This document shows, piece after piece, positions 25,811 through 38,617 of a stretch of DNA of 64,000 nt (the stretch's first letter is position 1; each line of letters starts with the position of its first letter). The notes below the pieces were generated by a model. It saw only the letters and a list, made by a program, of their open reading frames with translations. It was not told the origin of the DNA and searched no databases. Both the position numbers and the translations under genes were made by a program. Source of the DNA: Octopus sinensis (taxonomy: Eukaryota); NCBI RefSeq assembly GCF_006345805.1, contig NC_043008.1:34348001-34412000 (forward strand). Reading direction: 5' to 3'.

Positions 25811-27696
25811 TTAAAAACAATACTGCAAGTGGGCTGACTAAATCGCCAAGTCTCAACTGAACCCTACTTAAATGAATATGAGCAAAACACTACACAGACC
25901 CCTATACAACAATAATAACACATTGTCTACTATTGTATGGGCTGTCAACCATATGATCTGATCTGATAGTGTTGTTATTTAGTCAGTGAAGCCAGCCAGC
26001 TGGCAGAATCATTGTTGCATTGGCCAAAATTCATAGCAGCATTTCTTTCAGTTCTATACATTTAGAGCTCAAATTCCAAGGCCAACTTTGCCTTTCATCC
26101 TTCTGTGGGGGTCAATAAAAGTACTGGAGTCAACATAGTCAACCTACCTGCATCCACTCTAAATTGCTTACCTTATGCCAAAATTAGAAAGAATTTTTCA
26201 AGCACTGGATAGGCACAAATAATAGAATGCTAATCTAAACACCTGTCTAATTGTAAATATGTTTTTCCTTCAAAGACAAGTTCAAATTTTTCTGAGGATG
26301 ACTCAATCTTTAAAGATCTTGTGGTTGGTAAAATAAGTACAAAGTCAATTATAATGTTCTCTTGCAGATTTGCTGTCTTGTCTTCTACCAAAATGCGAAA
26401 CCACTATTTAGCTGGGCTAAAAAAGGAACCTCTACATTGTCATTCAATCCACAAGAAATAGCAATGCAATCTTCTTCAAAGCACACATGAATGTGTCTTA
26501 TCTTACAGATGGAAGATACCATTAAATAATCTCTTATTATCATCATTATCATCATTATCATTTAACATCTATGTTCCATGCTAGCAAGGGCTGAATGGTT
26601 TTATAAGATCTGACAGGCCCAAAGACTACATCATGCTCTAGTGTCTGCTTTGACATGGTTTCTACAGCTGGATGCCCATTGTAACTCCAACCCCTTTACA
26701 GCATGCAATGGGTACTTTACATTAGATTATTAGATATAATATATCTGAATATAAGATGGAGGTAGTTCATAAGTGGAAAAACCTTTGATAAATGGGTTGA
26801 CCTGAATTCAAATAACAATAAGCAATATTGAGGTGAAAATATTGGGGAATTTCCATAATATTTTCAGTTCTGGTTTGAAAGAAATACAACTCAATTGAGG
26901 AGCCTCTATATATTCACTTGACCAGCTAGAAATAGCAACAAAATCTTCCTCAAATCAAACTCTATCAACTGTAATAAAGACAGATATACCAAACAGTCGA
27001 CTTTCCAATGTATAAAAAGTAAGAGACGATTCCAGCTAGAAGACTTTTGATCAGAGTTGATTTAGGGTTAAATGTCAACAACAACTGCAAGATATTTATT
27101 AATACGGCAATTAATAAATAAAATGTTCCTTTATTTGAAGATGGTGGGTAGAGAAATCACACACACCTCAACAGACACACCCTGTAATGTGTGTTTACAA
27201 CAGGATATATCAGTTCACGTCTGTTGCACATGTTCCTCATAATCAAGTTAAAAATAGTAGCTTCAACGTGAAATTTCTGGCATCGGTACATTGAAGGCTG
27301 ATATTCTTTGTAAATTATAAGACTTCAATGCTCAATAAATCTGAAGTATAGACAGTTGATTTGAATTCAATATATTATGTCTGAAAAAGTTTTTGTATCA
27401 AACTTAGAATTAGTTATATCAATATATTGTTTTGTTCCCTATCATGGAGTAATCAATTATTTTTCCCTCCCCAAACTATACACATTCACAGTTATCATTT
27501 GAATCAAAGGTATAACTGAAATTAATTTCAATAATTTAGTAGATGAACTTAAGAAACTAAAAAATAAAAAAATTAAAATTAAAACAAAATTTTTTTTAAA
27601 AATCAATTCTAATATACAAACTATAATATGGAGATGGTCATTTGGATGGTAGCTAAATACATAACCACTTCACAATATATTTTGCTAACTAAAGAC

Positions 27697-27865
27697 AATG
27701 CCTCCATGTGGTTGCTTGATCTGCAAGAAATAATAGCTAAATTTTCACAAATCATACATTGTATAATATAGTCCTAAATGCTGAATAAGACAGAGATGGT
27801 TGCAGCTGGAATGCCTTTGGCTATAGTCTTCTCAATCATTGCCAACATGAGGCTACACAACAACG
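27697..27865 (+). mobile_element. Old SINE-like family G ending in (AAC)n
   Basis: GCCTCYACRTGGT...CTAGAAATAGCAGCCAAATCT...GCTGGAATGCCTTTGATCATAGGTCTG...CTAAACAACAAC consensus. Many diverged copies, e.g. 5850-6015, 26900-27085, 28830-29020, 46290-46520, 49600-49777, 61280-61455. Confidence 0.7.
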
Positions 27866-30229
27866 ATACCCCTTACATATAATGATCCAACTCAGAGGAG
27901 TTTGGATACTTGACAATTCAGCTGTTTTGTTATATGTTATAGTTTACTTTTTCCTTTTTATATCATTACCACCCCAAACACCTTTAATAACTTAATATTT
28001 TTGTATCTTCTGAAACATCTTCACCACCTTCTTGTTTCACTTTTCTAACTGGGGTAACCACGTATTTCCACTACAGCAAGACTACTGTTCCAGTCTTTCT
28101 ATCATACATTAACCTCACATCACCTGGCATAAAACCACCTCCCTCAATACTACTCCCCACTTCAGGTGAGGAGTCTTGTTTAGTCAATTACTTAGGGACC
28201 CCACTGCTGCTGGTACCACATAAAAAAACACCCAGCACACTCTGTAAAGTGATTGGCATTAGGAAGGACATTCAACTGTAGAAACATGCTTGGTGCAGTC
28301 CTCTGGCTCCTCTCTAACTGTCCAATCCATACAGTGTGGAAAACAGATAGATGATGATGATGATGATGATGATGAATACCACTATCACTTCTAAATGCCT
28401 CAAAACCTACAATACAAAACCTCCAGTTTGAAAGTGATCATATTTAATTTAAATCTTTCCTTTATAATTTTATGCAAGGATATTTTTCTTGGGGTGGTTT
28501 TCCGTTATGTTATAAACAATAGAGTAATAATGAAAACTTTAGTGATTTTTAATAAACCCTTCCAAATTTCTAATTATTTCCAAAGCTATTTGAACCATAC
28601 AAACATCATACTTCATGAAAAATATGTTCACAAAAGAGCATTCAATTGATTTGGTAAACAACGTATATATGTTGTTACAAAGGATTTGTAAAAGAGTAGT
28701 ACTAAAATAGGATGGTTTGGTAAAGAGTTCAATGAGGAATTTCCTGTAAAAGTGAGTGCCTACAAAGTGAACTCAGACTTCATCGCAGTCACTGAAGAGA
28801 TTACAGTTAGAGTTTCTGACTTGTAATGATTATTGTTTAGCCCTAGATCAGTCACTGTCAACAAGGCCTATAATCAAAGGCTTTCCATCCATGACCATCA
28901 AGTGTTTTAACTATGCACAGAGACCAGATTGTCAATGATTCCTTTTCTAAGAGCGCAGCATGAGATTTGGAGATGTGATTGCTATTTCTAGCAAGTTGAG
29001 TGATCAGAGAGGCTCCCACTGTGTAGTAAAAACAAGTTCGGTTACATTCATTATTACCATTATTGCTTTAACATCCACCTTTCTTTGCTTGCATGAGTTG
29101 GACAAGGTTTATAAACTTTGCCCAACCCATGCAAGCATAGGAAGATTTTCTACAACTGAAAGCCCTTTCTATTGTCAGCCTTCATCTATTTCCAAGCAAT
29201 ATATTTTCCCAAAGCCAAATGTGTTTTTCAAGGAAAACTGCAAACACACAACTTTGCATGTATGATGATGATAATGCTCATTTATAGCCATCACATGATG
29301 TCTGGACAAGGACGCAGACACACACATTTCTTTCAGTTTCTATCTACCAAATCCATTTTCAAAACTTTAATGTCTAGTTCCATGGGCCGAATGGTTTGAC
29401 AAGATCAGATAGGCCCAAGAATTGCATCATGCTTCAGTGTCTGCTTTGGCATGGTTTTTTTATGGTTAGATGCCCTTCCAAACAATAACCCCTTTACAGC
29501 ATGTAATGGGTACTTTATATTAGATTATATAATTATTAGATATACTATAGCTGAATATAATATGGAGGTAGTTCACAGGTGGAAAGCCTTTGATGACAGG
29601 GTTGACCTGGATCCAAATAACAACAGCCAATATTTAGATGAAAATATTGAGGAATTTCCATAATATTTTCAGCTTTGGTTGGCTCAGGACAACTAGAGAA
29701 AACACTTGCTCAAAGTGTTGTGCAGTGGGACTGAATCTGAAAGCATAAGGTTAGGAAGCAATCATTCCTCTTCATGACTTAGAACCCAAAGACTATTTGC
29801 TTTTATTTAGTCCAATTTATTTAGTCCAATTTTATTTAGTTCCACATAATGATTTAAAATTTTAGTAGAAAGTCTACTATTTTAGGGAAGGAGTTAGTCA
29901 GTTATATCAACTGAACTGGTACTTATTTTAGTGGCTCTGAAAGGCAAAGATGACCTCAGCAAAATTTGAACTGAGAATGTAAAGAGCCTGAAGAAATGCT
30001 GCTAAGCATTTTGTTCAATGCACTAATGATTCTGCCAGCTTGGTACTTTGAATGTTTCATATAATAATGGCAGAAGCTGATTGTTATGCAAGAAAAGAAA
30101 AAAAAAGAGACAAAATGTGATGAAATTAAAGCATTTTTGCTTTAAATATAATAATGTGTATTTTGCAAGATATATCATATAATACAACATTGGTTCACTA
30201 ACCCATTTTATACAATGATATTTAAACAA

Positions 30230-30487
30230 AATTTGAATAACATTATATTTTAGATTTTATTTGTACATAACTATAATTAGAGTAGTTCAGAGACAAATTC
30301 TATAATAGATTTGTGTAAAAATCTTTTATTTAGCTATATTCCAAACACCACTTTAATATATTAATATATTAATTTAAAAAATTATAGTTTTGTGAAATCA
30401 GTCTACATTTATTCTACATTATTTTAAGAATTTAAATGAAACACACAGGTGTGTGTTTTGGTTAGAAATATAGTTAATGAAAGGGTT
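30230..30487. mobile_element. piggyBac end fragment related to 24765-25000
   Basis: Reverse complement CCCTTTCATTAACTATATTTCTAACCAAAACACAC matches the left end of the 24765 element; start approximate. Confidence 0.55.
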
Positions 30488-31371
30488 AGAGGTATACTGA
30501 ATTAGTATAATGGTAAATTGGAATTAAAAGACAAAAGATTATGTTAATAATCAGGAAAATTTTAACCAGTAAAAATTTCTGGCTGTAAACAAATGTTCTA
30601 TGTTAACTGCAAGTAGAAGCGAGTTACATTTTCGAGATAAATGCAAAAGAATTTGTACTTTAGAAAAATGAGGATGTGAAGATAAAAAGAAATAAAATTG
30701 GAAATATGTCAAGAACAAAGGAAAACAGAAAAGCTAGGGAGAGTGGCCAGATTGAGACAGACAAAATTAGAGTAGAAGTTTTAAATGACAATTTACATAA
30801 TTAGCCAACATAGAAGAGAAGAAATTTTTCTGCAGTTGCTGCTACTAAAACAACTGTTTTGTTTGAACATTTGTTTCAATATATATATATATTTTCTGAA
30901 AAGTAGATTTTAATGATTTAAATTTAATACACTGTTATGCACCTGTTTTTGTTGTTGTTGTTGTTGTTTTTAGTGTAGGTGGATGTTTTCCCTGTCAAAT
31001 CAATAAATGTATGGTTTCAGTTATTATTGAGCTTGTAATTAATTGCAATTTCTGTGTTTGCTGTTTAGCCCAAGGTGAATGCTGACTGAGCAAACTATGA
31101 TTAAAGCCATACAAACTCTGATCATGTTTGACAGCAAACGAATAAACAAAGACATTCCTGTTATGACCATCCTGTCTCTATTTGCAGACGGTGAATTTTG
31201 GACTTCTTTATCCAATGAATATCATTTCTCTAACAAGTGGAGATGATTCCGGATAGAGTGAACTCTTTTGTCGACTATCCCTGATTCAATTACACAAATT
31301 TCCTCTTTTCAAGAGATCTAAGTTAACGCCTTCCATAAAATTTTATGCTAATTTATGTTCCAAACAGCATC

Positions 31372-31986
31372 CTAACCTTTTAGCATACTCTGTCAAATAT
31401 GATACTTATCTCTTTCTTTCTCTTTCTTTTACTTGTTTCAGTCATTTCACTGTGGCCATGCTGGAGCACCGCCTTTAGTCGAGCAAATCGACCCCCCAGG
31501 ACTTATTCTTTGTAAGCCTAGAACTTATTTTATCAGTCTCTTTTGCCGAACTGCTAAGTTAAGGGGACTTAAACACACCAGCATCGGTTGTCAGGTGATG
31601 TTGGGGGAACAAACAGACACACACACATATATACACATATGGCGAGCTTCTTTCAGTTTCCGTCTACCAAATCCACTCACAAGGCTTTGGTCGGCCAGAG
31701 GCTATAGTAGAAGATACTTGCCCAAGGTGCCACGCAGTGGGACTGAAGCCGGAACCATGTGGTTGGTAAGCAAGCTACTTACTACAGTCACTCCTACGCC
31801 TATATTTATTCACACTGTTTTGAATTAATCATGCTTTCTCTTGCAGCTTTGAGGATTCAATGATGTGACTGTTTATTTTAGAATGACATTGTAGGGTAGG
31901 TGTGAGAAGCTAGATCTGACCAGTTTGAACATAAAACATATAGAATATTTGGGCTGGATATGATTAGTTTAAATATTAAGGGGTTG
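31372..31986. mobile_element. ~220-bp piggyBac-like MITE split by a family-A SINE
   Basis: AACCTTTTAGCAT...TGTAGGGTAGGTGTGAGA...AAGGGGTT with SINE at ~31420-31800. Other copies at 53065-53318 (inverted) and 62272-62800 (interrupted). Confidence 0.7.
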
Positions 31987-33756
31987 ATAATGACAAAGTG
32001 ATTTTAATAAATTCTTTCTTATTTTCTGCCAGTGTATTCCAGCAGAAATACGGTTTTAGAAGGGTTAACTAGGTTCAAGTGATGTTTTCTAAATAAACGT
32101 GAAAGTCTATACCAAACAGTGGTTTTATAGGTGTTGTTTTACAAGTTGGTCCTTCCTGAGCAGATTTACGAACAAAGGTACTTCAATCGTGACCAACCCC
32201 CTTTCCCTAGATATCATGTATCCCAGTTTACATTATCTAATGTAGTTGTTGTCAAACATACAAATATCAGCCCACCACCATCTAACAAAAGAAATATTGG
32301 TGAAATTTTGAAGTATTCCCCTCTCTTTACAAATTAGTAGACAATGAGATATGTTTTGAGGGAGTGATAACAGCTATTTCTAGCAAATCATGCAACCCAT
32401 GTAGAGGCTTCTTCACTAGTTTGCAAAATTTGTTGTTGTTGTTGTTTAACCCCAGGGCAACTGTCCTGATCAAGCAGACTTAGGATGACAGGTATTGCAT
32501 CCATTACTGTTTTCATGTTTTTCCACACATCATTCGTTTTCCTGAAATGAGCTGGACAGATTGAGAGACTCCAACAGGCTCCCATACCTGTTCTGGCATG
32601 GTTTCCACAGCTGGATGCTCTTCTTCATGCCAACCACTTTATAGAGTGTACTGGGTGCATTTTTTTATGACACTGGCACTAGTGAGGTCACCAAGTAATT
32701 TGCAAGATAGAGAAAAAGAGCCTCAACTGAATAGGGTTGTATTAGAGAAAAAGGCGGCTTAGTGTTTGAGAAGCTAAAGTATGATAGAGGAACAGGCAAA
32801 TGTGTCTTGCTATAGAGGAGATACATGGCTACCCCACATTATATAAAGGTAGGTAGGAGTAGCCAAAAAGGAGACAATGGTAGTGATAATGAGGTTTCAG
32901 AGTATACTATTAAGATTCAAGAAAAGAGAGTATAAGAGAGAATATGGTCAAAGAATTGGGAAGGGTGGGTAGATGAGTCCATTTGAGTATATGAGGAGAG
33001 TAACAGATGGTAAGAGATGGGTATAGAGATAAGTTTAGTGAATAGAATAAGGGTGGATGTGTTGTTGATGATAAATATCAGTATGGAGAGGAGGAGGTGA
33101 AAGAATAGGAGAGGATAAAGAAAGAGAAGGCAATAAGTAACAGTACAAGAAGGGTGGAGAGCAGAAGTACAATAAACTTCTAAGATAAAAAGATATGGAG
33201 ATAATGTGCAGGGAAGGAGGAGAGGAGAACAAGAGAAGGAGAGATGGGTCCCTTTTTTGGAGACAGTAGGATGTTAACTTGAGGGAGATTTGGCAGCCAC
33301 TTCCAATAGACTGAATAATCATACAGAGGCTATTAATAGTGGTGGTATGTAAGAGGTGTTTCAGTAAAATTCACATTTTGTGGTCAGTGTGAGCTGAAAA
33401 GTCATCTCACTAATTGTTTTGATGATGAACATTAGTTGATTAATGCAAATCACATCAATGTCAATTACGTATTAACACAGAACATGACCAATCCAATCTA
33501 TTACGGAAAGTAAGCTTAACATTGTGAATGTGCAGTAATAATCCAATTAACCCTTCTGAGATGCCAACTTGCCTCAAACTGTTTCTGCTTCTTACACAAA
33601 TTGTTTCGTCTTAAAGCGTTCATCTCCAACTTAAATCTATCATAAATTTTATAAAAGAATCTTGTTATAAAGCAATTACATCATAGAAAACCATTTTAGT
33701 CATCTGAAAACACATAAAAGTTGTCGAATTCACTTTTTATTCATTTCTTGCTTGTC

Positions 33757-33985
33757 ACATCATCATCATTTCAAGGCTCAATTTTTCCCTGCTTGCATGC
33801 ATCAGATAAAGTTTAGTGAGGCAGATTTTCAGTGGTTGGATGCCCATCTTATCACCAACCCTCATGTTTCTGAGCAAGGTAATATTTCCCCATGGCCAGA
33901 CATATTTTCAGAGAAGACTGGAAATGTCATCATTTATATGACAAAAACACTCATTTACAACCATCATGCGATGTCAAGACAAGGT
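33757..33985 (-). mobile_element. SINE family D (shares the (ATG)n tail with family C)
   Basis: CCTGTTTCCAAGCAAGGTAATATTTCCCCATGGCCAGACAT-type body. Copies at ~7020-7220, 24420-24610, 29055-29310, 36360-36575, 53780-53960, 57040-57250. Confidence 0.75.
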
Positions 33986-34064
33986 GACACAATCTTGCAG
34001 ACACTCAAGCACATATATACATACACATACATGCACGCATGCATACGCACAAACACAAACATTT

Positions 34065-34298
34065 CTTATTTCTTTATTGCCCACAAGGGGCTAAACATAG
34101 AAGGGACAAACAAGGACAGACAAAGGGATTAAGTCGATTACAACGACTCCAGTGCGTAACTGGTACTTAATTTATCGACCCCGAAAGGATGAAAGGCAAA
34201 GTCGACCTCGGTGGAATTTGAACTCAGAACATAATGGCAGATGAAATACCGCTGAACATTTTGCCCAGCGTGCTAACGTTTCTGCCAGCTCGCCACCT
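34065..34298 (-). mobile_element. SINE family B (central GCCTTTCATCCTTTCGGGGTCGATAAA.TAAGTACCAG, resembling the MetaSINE domain)
   Basis: Multi-copy: ~7343-7555, 9935-10145, 13285-13395, 13537-13715, 26015-26190, 29850-30045, 49320-49503, 49866-50070, 50087-50282. The superfamily name is recalled, not verified. Confidence 0.85.
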
Positions 34299-35814
34299 TT
34301 ATGTCAACCAACTTCGCTCATAAAGCTTTGGTCAAACTGTAGCTACAGTAGAAAAAACATATACAAGGTGCCATGCACAGACTGAACCTGAAACTGCATG
34401 GTTGGGAAACAAGCTTCTTAACCATACAGCTACACAGACAAAGGGCTTCTACATAGTTGACACCAACCAAATTTATCTCAAACACTTTGGTGAAATTGGA
34501 ATTATGAAAGAAGATAATTGCTCAATATGCTGCACAATGACATTGAACTTAGAATTGCTGTAGAGTAAAGCATATTTCTCAACCAACCAGCCATGCTTGT
34601 GTCCAGTATGCAATATGCATGTGAAAAATTATATAAAGCAATTATTTATTATTTTTTTAAAACTGAATATTTTTGCAAGTACTTCTGGTCCATATATTAT
34701 GTTTGTAATTGATGAAGAAGTGTGTTTGATCTATGTAGATTTGGACATAATACAAGAAATATATGACATTTCAAAGAAAACTTATTGGTTTCATTGTAGC
34801 AAAAAAAAAAAAAAAATTTACATCAAAGACTGAATTGAGGAGGCATGTAAGTGGCAAATCTATATTATATATAAATGTTTCTTTAAAGATGAAGTTAGTC
34901 CATAGATCGGAGTAAAAAAAGAATACCAAGTAACAAGCTTTGTTAATTTCAACTTCTCAACAAGCCAAGAAGAGAGATGGTAGTTCAGCAAAAACAATAA
35001 AGAAAAAAAGAAACTAACTGAATGTATACCAGTCAATTAGCATAGATTTCTAGCATAACTTCTGATACAAACTGGAAAATTCTTCTGAACTTTTTATCTT
35101 TGCTTGAGTAAATGGTTTCCTTTGTCTATTTGTATATTAATTTGATTCAGTTGAGTATCTAACACAATTTTTCTCATTGTCTTTTGATATCCTTTTGTAT
35201 CAAGTAAACACATGATAAATGAGGGGCAGTTATTGGAGAGTTAACGTGATATTCTCCTAACCCATATGTACAAATTTTGCTGCAGTTATCATGTTGTACG
35301 ATTTATGACTGCTTGCTTCAGTGTGCATGGCTGAAAATAGGTTCAACAATTTTTTTTTTAGTGCAGTGAAATAGGATGTAATAAATACACACAATAAACC
35401 CCCACCACATCCAGACAGCTTGAGATCTCTGATTCTTAAAATACAATTTCTTGACAAAATTTTCACATACTCTGCAACACTAACACCTATCATTGCAATA
35501 TAATGTAAAACCAAAGTTGTCTTTTCTGTATTTATTCAAACCCAAATCATTTAATTTTTGTCTGTTCATATCACTATACAAAAATAAACATAATTTGAAA
35601 TATATTTGTGACAAAATTTGTATGAAAACATTGAAAGCATTCAAAAGGAATACATTACCAAAAAAAAAAAGTGTTAGGTGGAATAATAAAATTAAAAGAA
35701 AACAAATAAATAATATTGGAAAAGAAGGTGAGAGTAATGTTGTAAGATAAATGGTGTTAAATGCTCAGTTTGTTGCATAAAAATAGGTGTAATAGGCGAG
35801 ACAATAAATCTTAC

Positions 35815-35963
35815 CACATATTTTTCACCATTATTTTCTACAGACTGATAATCTGGTATGGAAATAGGAAGTGAACGCCGTTCTGAATAATCAATGAGAG
35901 ATGGTCCTGAAGAATCATCACTTGGTTCCAATCTCTCAGCCACACGCTCAGGTACAGATATCA
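35815..35963 (-). CDS. SNX27: SNX27 internal exon, PDZ-PX linker and PX start
   Basis: 149 nt, acceptor ttttag, donor gtaag. (V)ISVPERVAERLEPSDDSSGPSLIDYSERRSLPISIPDYQSVENNGEKYV, matching SNX27 LDPSDDS...DYTEKQAVPISVP...NGEKFV. Confidence 0.96.
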
Positions 35964-36608
35964 CTAAAATGGCAATAAATAAATAAATCAACAAAATAAA
36001 ATAATATTCAAATGTCATAAAAGAAGTAAGAAAAAAAAACCCTCAATACAAATTTTGAAATACTTTCAAAAACATGATAAATTTTACAAAAAAAATCAAA
36101 GCACTTAAATAGAATTAATAAAAGCTGCAAATATCAATGCAAATTTTAAAATGGCTACAGAAAAAGATAAATTTTAAAACTTATGTCATTTTTGATGTCT
36201 ATAGATATATAGATTAACTGCTTTTACACCATTTTATTTTCCTAAGAAAAATATAGATAAGGTTTTATTTCAATGTCTTTCATTAACTGTAATAAGACTG
36301 GTTCATGTACCACGCACTACTGTCATTATTACATGCCATCCAACAGAGAAGAAATATGGCTGTCATCATCATTTTATGTCCACATCTCTATGTTTGCATG
36401 GGTCTGGTGGAGTTTGTTGAGGCAAATTTTCTACAGCTGGATGGCCTTCCAGTTGCACTCTTCGCCTATTTCCATTTCCAAGGAAGGTAATATTTCCCAC
36501 AGCCAGACATATTTTTCATGCTAACAATAACCTCACTTGTATGAAGATCATGTCCATTCACAACTGTCAAGTAATGGCTAGACAATAGTATGCACATACA
36601 CATACATA

Positions 36609-36805
36609 TGTAAAGGGAAAGTTTACGAAAATAAATAAAAGACGAAGGCAGGTGGAGTACAAACAAACAAATGTATTAGTATAGCGCTCAGGAATAGAAA
36701 AAGTCTTTTACGTTCCGAGCCTACGCACTTTGACAGAAAGATACACAGAAAAAAACAAGGAGAGAAAAAAATGCGTGTAGGAGCTAACGATCTATCATGG
36801 CTAGT
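36609..36805 (-). mobile_element. ~200-bp hammerhead-like dispersed element, copy 2 (decayed)
   Basis: Minus strand TCTTTCTGTCAAAGTGCGTAGGCTCGGAACGTAAAAGA (36704-36741); rest of the body aligns with copy 1. Confidence 0.65.
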
Positions 36806-36846
36806 GTGTGTAATTTATATGTTGATGAATATACGCCTTTCACATA

Positions 36847-37208
36847 GGCATAGGAGTGGCTGTGTGGTAAGTAGCTTGCTTACAAACCACATGGTTTCGA
36901 GTTCAGTTCTACTGCATGGCCGACCGAAGCCTTGTGAGTGGATATGGTAGATGGAAACTGAAAGAAGCCCGTCGTATATATGTGTATATATATATATATG
37001 TGTGTGTGTATGTGTTTGTCCCCCCAACATCGCTTGACAACTGATGCTGGTGTGTTTATGTCCCCGTATCTTAGCAGTTTGGCAAAAGAGACGGATAGAA
37101 TAAGTACTAGGCTTACAAAGAATAAGTCCTGGGGTCAATTTGCTTGACTAAAGGTGGTGTTCCAGCATGGCCAGTCACATGACTGAAACAAGAAAAAGAG
37201 TAAAAGAG
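36847..37208 (+). mobile_element. SINE family A, plus-strand copy
   Basis: Same consensus in opposite orientation. Other plus copies at ~18367-18757, 23440-23610, 39525-39970, 61500-62160. Confidence 0.9.
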
Positions 37209-38090
37209 AATGCCAGACAAATGAAAAAGGATGCTCTTTTGCCAAAATGCTAAGTTACAGGGACATAAGCAAACCAATGCTGGTTGTCAAGTAATGGTGG
37301 TAGAGAACAAACTCAGGCACAAAGAACATAGACACACACACTCACATATACGTATGTATATCTGTATATGACAGGCTTCAACACAGTTTCTGTCTACCAA
37401 ATTCCCTGATAAGGCATTGATTGGCACAGGGCTACAGTATAAGACACTTGAGATAGAACTTGAAACTACATGATTACAAAGTAAACCCTGTATCCATGCA
37501 ATTTTGTCTACACCTTCAGTGTGAATGAGTATATAGAGTAAAGACCCCCTTTGGTCACAAATGACGATGGGATTGCACCTAGAAATTTACCCTCTGAGGT
37601 ACTAGTCCAGGCAAGAGTGTTTATGGAAGACCAGCAGTCACCCCTACATACCAGTCTCTCCTCTCTACACTACTGATGTTGTCCAAGGGAAAGGCAAAGG
37701 CTGACACAGCTTGGCACCAGTGATGTCACAACTCATTTTTATAGCTGAGTGAGACGGAACAATGGGAAATAAAGTGTCTTGCTCAAGAACATAACACACA
37801 GCATATATATATATATATATATAAAAGTTTATATATATATATCTTTTGAAAGGGTTGAATGCAAATTTGTCCTTTAACTAGAGTAGTTTCCAAAAGATTT
37901 TTAACATTTCTTCACACCTTACTTTTAATTTCCTGGTGTAAATTAGCATAGATATGAAATTTCATATAAGTATATTAAGTATATGGTTTAACTTACAAAA
38001 CAAAGTTCAACAAATTCAATCATATTTTTCGTAATTGGAGAAGATTAGATGCTGATATGGATTGAAATTATTTTTATTTTTATTCATGTA

Positions 38091-38168
38091 ACTATACGAC
38101 CGTTTCATACAGAAGGACAATAAATTCATTTTAAGAATCTGGGTTGTCAAAAAGTATTCGTCAGTAGC
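38091..38168 (-). ncRNA. Minimal type I hammerhead ribozyme motif, canonical core (left arm of fold-back element)
   Basis: Minus strand reads GCUA-CUGACGA-AUAC...GUAU-GAAAC-GGUC-GUA-UAGU: stem I GCUA/UAGU, core CUGANGA, stem II AUAC/GUAU (plus inner GACAA/UUGUC), GAAA, 2-bp helix III, GUA triplet. Confidence 0.8.
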
Positions 38169-38279
38169 AAAAATTAAGGAAAGGTAAAAAAGCTAAAAAG
38201 ACATAAGAATTACATATTACGAACACCATACCTGTATAATTCCAACATCTTTTTAGTTCCCCCCCCTTCCTTAATTTTT

Positions 38280-38357
38280 GCTACTGCCGAATACTTTTTG
38301 ACAACCCAGATTCTTAAAATGAATTTATTGTCTTTCTGTATGAAACGATCGTATAGC
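38280..38357 (+). ncRNA. Minimal type I hammerhead motif, A6C core variant (right arm of fold-back element)
   Basis: GCUA-CUGCCGA-AUAC...GUAU-GAAAC-GAUC-GUA-UAGC. Perfect stem I and perfect palindromic helix III ACGAUCGU; one core substitution. Confidence 0.72.
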
Positions 38358-38489
38358 TACACGAATAAAAATAATTTTAATTCATATCTAATCTCATTTA
38401 CGAAAAATATGATTGAATTTGTTGAACTTTGTTTTGTAAGTTAAAGCATATACTTTTATATTGTGATGTAATCTTGGGACTAACAATGT

Positions 38490-38584
38490 TTGCAGCTGAA
38501 GAGAGCTTTAAACCATCTTTTATACCAATAATATACTGATGTAATAATGAATTGTTTATAAAGCTTGAAACCCGTGTACCGTGA
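38490..38584 (+). ncRNA. Third, sequence-distinct type I hammerhead motif (partly decayed)
   Basis: UUGCAG-CUGAAGA-GAGCUUUA...UAAAGCUU-GAAAC-CCGU-GUA-CCGUGA. Canonical core, 8-bp stem II; stem I weakened by a mismatch and wobbles. Confidence 0.6.
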
Positions 38585-38617
38585 TATCCTTTGTGTTCTG
38601 TTTTTAATTTATATTTG

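Noticed and set aside
35692-36018. 108-aa ORF as a standalone gene
   Set aside because: Only 35815-35963 is exon; the rest is intron read-through.
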